From an uncultured Bacteroidales bacterium (GTDB lineage Bacteria > Bacteroidota > Bacteroidia > Bacteroidales > CAIXZF01): a DNA stretch of 64,000 nucleotides. Location: assembly GCA_964386485.1 (NCBI GenBank), contig CAYLTH010000004.1:318-64317 (forward strand), in the 5' to 3' direction. Shown piece after piece: positions 55,946 through 64,000 of the stretch (position 1 is its first letter; each line of letters starts with the position of its first letter). A model generated the notes under the pieces. That model had not been told where the DNA came from and ran no database searches. It worked only from the letters and a program-made list of their open reading frames with translations. The position numbers and the translations under genes were made by a program.

Positions 55946-57898
55946 TTATCGTTTCGGATTATAGCCTTGTTTCTTGGCCATATCTTCAAGCCTTTTCTGA
56001 AAACCTGATTTCTTAACCGGTTTCTTTTTGTTTTCCTGAATCTGAAGATGAATTTTATCTTCATTTACCAGTTTGCGGAATGCATACATCTGGGCAAAGG
56101 TAAACAGGTTTGCAAGCAGATAATAATAACTCAGACCCGAGGCATAGCTATTGAAGAAACCCAGAAACATAATGGGCATCAGATACATAACTGTCTTCAT
56201 CCCTGGCAATTGCTGCGTTCCGGAAGCCATCATATCATTGCTCATTTTGGTATAAATGATGGTGGAGATGGTCATCAGCAGGGTAAAAAGACTCACATGG
56301 TCACCATAGAACGGAATGGTAAACGGCAGATCCAAAATGGAATCATAAGACGACAAATCGTGCGCCCACAGGAATGATTGCTGACGCAATTCGATTGATG
56401 CAGGGAAGAAACGGAACATGGCGATCAGAATCGGCATCTGAAGCAACAACGGTATACAGCCGGCCATGGGATTAATTCCTGCCCGCTTGTACAGATCCAT
56501 GGTTGCCTGCTGCTTTTTCATGGCATCTTCCTTCTTCGGGAACTTGGCTCCAATCTCATCAATCTCCGGTTTCAAAACCCGCATTTTTGCCGATGACATA
56601 TAGGTTTTGTATGCTATCGGAAACAATACTATTTTGAGTAAAACGGTAAGAATCAGAATGATAATACCATAATTCAAATTAAAAGTACTCAAAAAATCGA
56701 ATACCGGGATAACAGCATAGCGGTTTATCCATGCCATCAGAAAGAAACTCCAGCCAATGGGAATCTGTTTTTCCAGATCCAGTCCATAGGCACGGTAGGC
56801 TTTGAATTTGTTTGGTCCCAGATACAGATTCATCGGAATATTGGTGGAGGTCTGCATAGGATCAAACGGCAATGTAATAACAGCCGACATCGATTTCAGG
56901 TATCGTTCTCCCTTCCCTTCCGAATAGGTCTGAATCTCAGCACTTCCAAAGGATTCGCGTGCAATAAGTGTTGTAGTAAAAAACTGCTGCTTGAACGAAA
57001 TCCATTTTACTTTTGTATTCAGTTGCTTTTGTTCATCCTTCCGTTCCGAAAGATAATCCACATCGTCGCTGAGGTACTTATAATATATGGTACTAACCAG
57101 TTTTTCGTTTTCCAGACTCATTTCCTGCTGACGCAGATTCATGTTCCAGTCGAGATTGATATAATTGGCATTCGCAGCCAGAATATCATTCATATTCTGC
57201 AGGCGGATATCCAATCCGCTCATATATTCATTTCCATGAATAACATAATGAAACTCAATGTACTTCCCTGTAACAAATCCGGAATCAGCTGCATCAGGAT
57301 ATAGCCGCATTGAGAATTCCAGAGAGTCGGTTCCGCTTACATAAAGACTGTCCTTACCCTGCAATGACTTATTATTCCAATATGGGTGAAATGAAAGCTG
57401 GGTGGTGTTGAGACTGCGGTTATTTACAAAAAAATTGAATCCCAAAACGGCTGTATCCGATTTAAATAAATAAACCGGCAACGTATCAAAAGTTTTATAC
57501 TGCTTGAGTTCTGCAGATACAAGACTTCCTCCTTTTTCAGAGATCTTCAACTTAATAACATCATTTTCAATGATATAGTACTTATTTTCCTGTTTTACGG
57601 ATCCGGCATAAATACCATATTTTTCTTTCAGAAGCGAATTAGCCTGACTTACTTCGGCTCCTGAATCGGAAACAGCGCTGAGTGTCTGTCCGGATATTGC
57701 TACACCGCTGTCAGGTTTGTTGATTTTTGCTGCCTCGGCTTTACGGACCGAATCAAGCTGGTCCTGTTGCACCTGAGCGATGGAATCAGACTTATGTTTA
57801 CGCTGTTGTAATTCTTCTTCTGAAGGGGACATCCAGATACTATATCCGATGAGAATCAGGAATATAATAACCAGGCCGAAAATTGAATTTCTATCCAT
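55946..57898 (-). CDS. yidC: Membrane protein insertase YidC (long Bacteroidota form)
   Basis: 650 aa. It has an N-terminal TM segment and a large periplasmic domain. The C-terminal conserved core includes GCIPLLLQMPILIAMF. Confidence 0.92.
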   Translation of the reverse strand: MDRNSIFGLVIIFLILIGYSIWMSPSEEELQQRKHKSDSIAQVQQDQLDSVRKAEAAKINKPDSGVAISGQTLSAVSDSGAEVSQANSLLKEKYGIYAGSVKQENKYYIIENDVIKLKISEKGGSLVSAELKQYKTFDTLPVYLFKSDTAVLGFNFFVNNRSLNTTQLSFHPYWNNKSLQGKDSLYVSGTDSLEFSMRLYPDAADSGFVTGKYIEFHYVIHGNEYMSGLDIRLQNMNDILAANANYINLDWNMNLRQQEMSLENEKLVSTIYYKYLSDDVDYLSERKDEQKQLNTKVKWISFKQQFFTTTLIARESFGSAEIQTYSEGKGERYLKSMSAVITLPFDPMQTSTNIPMNLYLGPNKFKAYRAYGLDLEKQIPIGWSFFLMAWINRYAVIPVFDFLSTFNLNYGIIILILTVLLKIVLFPIAYKTYMSSAKMRVLKPEIDEIGAKFPKKEDAMKKQQATMDLYKRAGINPMAGCIPLLLQMPILIAMFRFFPASIELRQQSFLWAHDLSSYDSILDLPFTIPFYGDHVSLFTLLMTISTIIYTKMSNDMMASGTQQLPGMKTVMYLMPIMFLGFFNSYASGLSYYYLLANLFTFAQMYAFRKLVNEDKIHLQIQENKKKPVKKSGFQKRLEDMAKKQGYNPKR

Positions 57899-57924
57899 TG
57901 ATAATATTTTCTATTAAGGGGGTG

Positions 57925-57932
57925 CAAAGATA
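57925..57932 (-). promoter_or_regulatory. -7 box TATCTTTG (yidC)
   Basis: The plus strand reads CAAAGATA. It lies 27 nt upstream of the yidC ATG. Confidence 0.55.
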
Positions 57933-57964
57933 GGAGAAAAAGTATCCGGTTCGGTAAGGGATTG

Positions 57965-59593
<1,629 letters not shown>

Positions 59594-59603
59594 TTATGAT
59601 ATT

Positions 59604-61094
59604 TTAGTAATACCGGTAACTTTTCACCTGAGCCAGATGTTTGGCCAGACGAAGCACCTGGATTGAATAACCGAATTCATTGTCGTACCATGCATACAAC
59701 ACAACATTGCGTTTATCGTCGGAAACCAGAGTGGCTGCCGAATCGAATACACAGGCACAGGAATCACCGATAACATCCGTGGAAACAAGCTCACTGGAGG
59801 TTGAGTAGCGGATCTGTTCGATCAGATTGCCCTTCAGAGAAGCATTCCGCATCAGTTCATTAACCCCGTCACGATCGATCTCCCGGGCAACATTCAGCGC
59901 AAGAATTACCAATGAAACATTGGGGGTTGGAACCCGGACAGAGTTTGCAGTGAGTTTGCTCTTGAGGCTGGGAATGGCTTTAACGGCAGCGGTTGCAGCA
60001 CCGGTTTCGGTAATAACCATATTCAGAGGAGCTGAACGGCCACGCCTGGTTTTTTTATGATAATTATCGAGCAGGTTCTGGTCGTTGGTAAAGGAGTGAA
60101 TTGTTTCGATATGACCTCTGACGATGCCCAATTCGCGCTCAACAACTGATAAAACAGGAACAACGGCATTGGTCGTGCAGGAGGCGGCAGAAAAAATCTG
60201 TTCTTCTTCAATATTCAGATTGCATGTTTCCTGATTCACACCATATACAATATTCGGGATATCACCTTTACCCGGAGCAGTAAGCAGAACGCGGCTAACC
60301 CCTTTGGATTTCAGGTGGCGTGATAAGCCTGCCCGGTCGCGGGAGGCTCCTGTATTGTCTATCAACAAGGCATCTTTGATTCCATATGCCTCATAATCAA
60401 TTTCTTCCGGATTATTGGCTGCAATCATTTGTACAACATGCCCATTGATATAAAAGATCTGTTTTTCAGTATCTTCAATGGCAATGCCCTGAAAACGACC
60501 ATGAACACTATCATGGCGGAAAAGAGAAGCCCGTTTGCGGATATCTTCGGGTGAATTTGAGCGGGTAACGATTGCGCGTAAACGAAGCTGGGAGCCATTC
60601 CCTGCCTGATGAACCAGTTCGCGGGCAAGGATACGACCAATACGGCCAAATCCATAGAGTACCACATCCTGATAATGATCACTGCGGGGTTTTACATCGA
60701 TAAAGTGAGCCAGTTTGGCGGCTATAAAATTCTTCTGACTGAACTCATATTTTTCTTTTTCAGCAATCCACTCTGAATTCAGACGTCCGATATCCACGCG
60801 TGCAGGAGCAATATTGAGTTCGGCCATAGCCCGTGCCAGAAGCAAAGAATCCTGAATAATCAGTGGTTTTTTGATGATATTGTTAACATAGGAATGCTTA
60901 TGCAGAATGGAACTGGCACTGCGGTCGAGCATTTGCCGGCGAAACAGAATCAACTCAATTGACTTATCGTACCACATTTTGTGGGCGATATCGATGAGTT
61001 CATTGGCGGCCTTCATGTCATCAATCCAGACTTTGAGATTCTCTTCATAAGCCTGCTGGCCTTCAATAATTTTTACGGGAGAATAGTTTTCCAT
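59604..61094 (-). CDS. Glyceraldehyde-3-phosphate dehydrogenase, long form with an N-terminal extension of about 140 aa
   Basis: 496 aa. The Rossmann motif (YGFGRIGR) begins only around residue 147. The catalytic segment SAASCTTNA is present, as is a C-terminal WYDNEFGYS. Confidence 0.85.
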   Translation of the reverse strand: MENYSPVKIIEGQQAYEENLKVWIDDMKAANELIDIAHKMWYDKSIELILFRRQMLDRSASSILHKHSYVNNIIKKPLIIQDSLLLARAMAELNIAPARVDIGRLNSEWIAEKEKYEFSQKNFIAAKLAHFIDVKPRSDHYQDVVLYGFGRIGRILARELVHQAGNGSQLRLRAIVTRSNSPEDIRKRASLFRHDSVHGRFQGIAIEDTEKQIFYINGHVVQMIAANNPEEIDYEAYGIKDALLIDNTGASRDRAGLSRHLKSKGVSRVLLTAPGKGDIPNIVYGVNQETCNLNIEEEQIFSAASCTTNAVVPVLSVVERELGIVRGHIETIHSFTNDQNLLDNYHKKTRRGRSAPLNMVITETGAATAAVKAIPSLKSKLTANSVRVPTPNVSLVILALNVAREIDRDGVNELMRNASLKGNLIEQIRYSTSSELVSTDVIGDSCACVFDSAATLVSDDKRNVVLYAWYDNEFGYSIQVLRLAKHLAQVKSYRYY

Positions 61095-61126
61095 ATTATG
61101 AGGGATTTGATTGTTCTGAAAGCACG

Positions 61127-61134
61127 CAAAGTTA
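61127..61134 (-). promoter_or_regulatory. -7 box TAACTTTG (GAPDH gene)
   Basis: The plus strand reads CAAAGTTA. It lies 33 nt upstream of the ATG, immediately after the rpoD terminator. Confidence 0.5.
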
Positions 61135-61135
61135 T

Positions 61136-61177
61136 AAAAACAAAGGGATTACCCAACCATAATCAGGTAATCCCTTT
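61136..61177 (-). terminator. Rho-independent terminator after rpoD
   Basis: AAAGGGATTACC at 61142-61153 pairs with GGTAATCCCTTT at 61166-61177, a 12-bp stem. On the minus strand it is followed by GTTTTT. Confidence 0.85.
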
Positions 61178-61190
61178 GATAATTATTTTA

Positions 61191-62057
61191 TTATTGTCCG
61201 AGGTATGCTTTCAGGAGCTTACTGCGGGATGTATGTTTGAGCCGGCGAATCGCCTTTTCCTTGATCTGGCGCACTCTTTCACGGGTCAGATCGAATTTGG
61301 CACCGATTTCTTCCAGGGTTAATCCGTGGGTCATACCAATGCCGTAATAGAGATTGATAACATCCCGTTCTTTTTCGGTCAGGGTAGCCAGTGACCGCTG
61401 AATTTCGCGCATCAGTGATTCCTTGATCAGGTTATTATCGGTTGCAGGGGTATCATCAGTTACAAAAAGATCTACAAACTTGGTATCTTCATCCGGTGAA
61501 ATCGGAGCATCCATCGAAATAAAACGGGTTGAGATCTTCATCGCCGCTATAACTTTTTCTTCGGGCATATCCAATGCTTCGGCTAATTCATCAGCAGAAG
61601 GCTGGCGCTCAAAGCGTTGCTCAAGACGGGATGATTCTTTCGAAATTTTATTGAGCGATCCTACCTGATTCAAAGGTAAACGTACGATACGGGATTGTTC
61701 TGCCAAAGCCTGTAAAATACTTTGACGAATCCACCACACTGCATAGGAGATAAATTTGAACCCGCGGGTCTCATCAAAACGTTTTGCTGCTTTTATCAGA
61801 CCCAGATTTCCTTCATTGATTAAATCGGGCAGACTTAATCCCTGATTCTGGTATTGCTTGGCAACTGAAACCACAAAACGAAGATTCGCTTTAGTCAGTT
61901 TTTCAAGAGCCTGCTGATCACCTGCCTTAATGCGTTGCGCAAGCAACACTTCTTCATCGGCGCCAATCAGTTCCTCTTTACCAATTTCCTGTAAATATTT
62001 ATCCAGGGAAGCAGTTTCCCTGTTTGTAATCGATTTCGTGATTTTTAACTGCCTCAT
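61191..62057 (-). CDS. rpoD: Primary RNA polymerase sigma factor (Bacteroidota sigma-A, short form)
   Basis: 288 aa. Region 2 has [12 protein letters not shown] and YAVWWIRQ. Region 4 has [29 protein letters not shown]. There is no long region 1.1, as expected for Bacteroidota. Confidence 0.93.
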   Translation of the reverse strand: MRQLKITKSITNRETASLDKYLQEIGKEELIGADEEVLLAQRIKAGDQQALEKLTKANLRFVVSVAKQYQNQGLSLPDLINEGNLGLIKAAKRFDETRGFKFISYAVWWIRQSILQALAEQSRIVRLPLNQVGSLNKISKESSRLEQRFERQPSADELAEALDMPEEKVIAAMKISTRFISMDAPISPDEDTKFVDLFVTDDTPATDNNLIKESLMREIQRSLATLTEKERDVINLYYGIGMTHGLTLEEIGAKFDLTRERVRQIKEKAIRRLKHTSRSKLLKAYLGQ

Positions 62058-62117
62058 TCTAAATCTCCCCTTCTATATCAATAAGTTAATGAAACAAATA
62101 CATTATTTCTCTATTTT

Positions 62118-62125
62118 CAAAGGTA
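62118..62125 (-). promoter_or_regulatory. -7 box TACCTTTG (rpoD)
   Basis: The plus strand reads CAAAGGTA. It lies 61 nt upstream of the rpoD ATG. Confidence 0.5.
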
Positions 62126-62165
62126 ACAAAAAAAGTATTCCTTTGTTGCCCCTGTTGAAAATTTT

Positions 62166-63605
62166 TTACTTAATTACAACCAGATAATATGCTCTCATCC
62201 GGTTGGGGTATATTCCTTCAACAACTACACCACCCTTCTTGTTTTCTAAAAGTTTTGTTAAATCTGCAACTGATTTCACAGGACGTTTTTCGATACCGGT
62301 AATAATAAAATTTTTCCGGACACCCTGGGCTGAGAGCAAACCATCGCGTAATTCCGAAATCTTTAAACCACCTTCAACCCGCAGGAAGCGTTTTTCATCC
62401 TGATTTAATTCCTGAAAATCGGCACCCAGTAAATCCACAACATTGACATCTTCCTTTTTCAGGATACTGGTTTTGCCGTCTTTATTCCGTAGTAAGAGAT
62501 TGGCTGATTTATCATTCCCATCCCGCAGATAGTCAACCGCAACGATTTCACCGGGCCTGTGCTGTCCTATTACTTCCAGCATTTCAGCAACACTATTAAC
62601 TTTTATACCGTTTATTCCGGTGATTACATCGCCTTTGCGCATTCCTGCTTCATTTGCGGAGCTATTTTCTGCAACACCATATACATATACACCACGCCTT
62701 ACATCCAGTCCGTTTTCGCGGGCAAATTCGCTGGTGATATCAGCCGGAGTAATCCCAAGATATCCACGCTGCACCAGGCCGTATTGCATCAGGTCCTCTA
62801 CCACCTTCTTTGCAATATTAGCCGGAATGGCGAATGAATATCCTGTGTAAGAACCTGTATTGGAAGCAATTGCTGCATTGATTCCGATGAGTTCACCGGA
62901 AGTATTCACAAGTGCACCTCCGCTGTTTCCGGGATTCACAACAGCATCGGTCTGAATAAAAGATTCGATGGCATTTTTACTCCCGAGGATGTTGATATTC
63001 CTGGCTTTCGCACTGACAATACCGGCTGTAACGGTACTGGTCAGGTTAAACGGATTCCCGACTGCCAGTACCCACTCTCCTATCTTTACATCATCAGAAT
63101 TGGCAAAACTCAGAAATGGAAGGTCCTCTTCACTCACTTTTATGAGTGCAATATCCGTTGAAGGGTCTGATCCCACAAGCTTTGCTTCAAAACTCCGCTT
63201 ATCATTCAGCGTTATTTCGATGTAATCAGCATCCTGAACTACATGGTTATTCGTAACAATATAACCATCCGCGGTAATTATAACCCCCGAACCAGTGGCC
63301 TGATAAGGGCGGCTTCCCTGTTGATTAAATCCGAAGAAATCCTGAAAGAAATAATCATAAACATTGCTTTTTTGCTGGTATTCTGTCTTGATATGCACCA
63401 CTGCATGGATACTTTTTTCGGCAGCCTGCACAAAATCAGGTCCATTTACTGCTGCACCCGGGCGAAAAGCAGCCTGCTGAACAGGCAAATCCTGACTGCT
63501 ATATAATGAGGATTTGCGGGCTGAGCCTTGAAAAGCCCGATACGAAGCCAGGGTGATTACCCCCCCGACTATAAAAACAACAACCAACAACAATATCTTT
63601 TTCAT
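62166..63605 (-). CDS. HtrA/DegP/DegQ-family periplasmic serine protease with two PDZ domains
   Basis: 479 aa with a signal anchor. The catalytic triad context is TNNHV, DIALIK and GNSGGAL. Two PDZ-like regions follow. Confidence 0.92.
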   Translation of the reverse strand: MKKILLLVVVFIVGGVITLASYRAFQGSARKSSLYSSQDLPVQQAAFRPGAAVNGPDFVQAAEKSIHAVVHIKTEYQQKSNVYDYFFQDFFGFNQQGSRPYQATGSGVIITADGYIVTNNHVVQDADYIEITLNDKRSFEAKLVGSDPSTDIALIKVSEEDLPFLSFANSDDVKIGEWVLAVGNPFNLTSTVTAGIVSAKARNINILGSKNAIESFIQTDAVVNPGNSGGALVNTSGELIGINAAIASNTGSYTGYSFAIPANIAKKVVEDLMQYGLVQRGYLGITPADITSEFARENGLDVRRGVYVYGVAENSSANEAGMRKGDVITGINGIKVNSVAEMLEVIGQHRPGEIVAVDYLRDGNDKSANLLLRNKDGKTSILKKEDVNVVDLLGADFQELNQDEKRFLRVEGGLKISELRDGLLSAQGVRKNFIITGIEKRPVKSVADLTKLLENKKGGVVVEGIYPNRMRAYYLVVIK

Positions 63606-63763
63606 CGTGTTATTTTTTATGATACTTAATTTTATAGAACTTTGTTGACTTTCTGCAATTTTTGTGCCTTGAATATAAAAGGCTGAAAAAATTGCAGAAT
63701 TTTAACGGGATCAATCAGAGGTTCGTATGAATGTGAAGGTTAAGAAGTGTTAAGATTTCGAAA

Positions 63764-64000
63764 ATGAGTAAAAAAAGAAACCGGATCGGATTATTGTTAG
63801 TAGGGATGTTTTTAGGCATCATCGTTGGCATCAGCATTATGTGGTGGGGTATCAACTTCAAACAGAATGACTGGATATCCTTTCAAAAAATCAAACACTA
63901 TATAGGTCAGATTATGCCCGGAGACGATGCAGACGAGGAATTACTAATCCCTTCAGCATCCGGAAACAGAGGCTCTCAAAGTCAAAAATACAATAGTCCG
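63764..64000 (+). CDS. Hypothetical single-pass membrane protein (5' part only, runs off the window end)
   Basis: My translation from the ATG at 63764 reads MSKKRNRIGLLLVGMFLGIIVGISIMWWGINFKQ... It stays open for 79 codons to the window end. It is not in the track because it is truncated. Confidence 0.5.
   Translation, partial: MSKKRNRIGLLLVGMFLGIIVGISIMWWGINFKQNDWISFQKIKHYIGQIMPGDDADEELLIPSASGNRGSQSQKYNSP

Overview
This window looks like a densely coded chromosomal segment from a Bacteroidota genome, probably an anaerobe or facultative anaerobe. The taxon call rests on a T9SS C-terminal sorting domain, a 288-aa primary sigma factor, many TAnnTTTG -7 promoter boxes, and Omp28/OmpA/TPR envelope proteins. 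I support about 50 protein genes. I saw no rRNA, tRNA, CRISPR array, transposase, integrase or phage gene.

Most of the content is housekeeping:
- a four-subunit 2-oxoacid:ferredoxin oxidoreductase
- purB, pyrK-pyrD and pyrG
- murB, aroK, rlmD, nnr, parE and tsaD
- tamB, ribBA, mqnA and yidC
- a long-form GAPDH, rpoD and an HtrA protease
- a run of ion transporters (PiT, DedA, CPA2, Kup, NhaD-like) next to an orphan hybrid histidine kinase
- an ECF sigma/anti-sigma operon followed by pnuC and a NadR-like kinase
- glycosyltransferase and flippase genes

The most unusual locus is a six-gene, translationally coupled minus-strand operon at 6676-12965. It encodes HdrC-like, HdrB-like, minimal HdrA-like and small di-cluster FeS proteins, then a fusion of a NarI/DsrM-type membrane domain to an HdrD/DsrK-type FeS/CCG module, then a DAACS-family solute symporter. 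I do not recognise this composition as any characterised Hdr, sHdr, Qmo or Dsr complex. It predicts a quinone-linked membrane flavo-FeS reductase acting on an imported substrate.

Secondary observations:
- a DUF4160 / DUF2442-HTH toxin-antitoxin-like pair, the only clearly accessory module
- a shared CRP/FNR-like palindrome (TGTTA-N6-TAAC[A/C]) upstream of both ferredoxin-linked redox operons
- an unusual three-arm terminator
- short tandem repeats
- an orphan HydE-like radical SAM gene
- convergent gene pairs that abut or overlap with no room for terminators

All functional calls come from reading motifs in the supplied translations. No database search was run.
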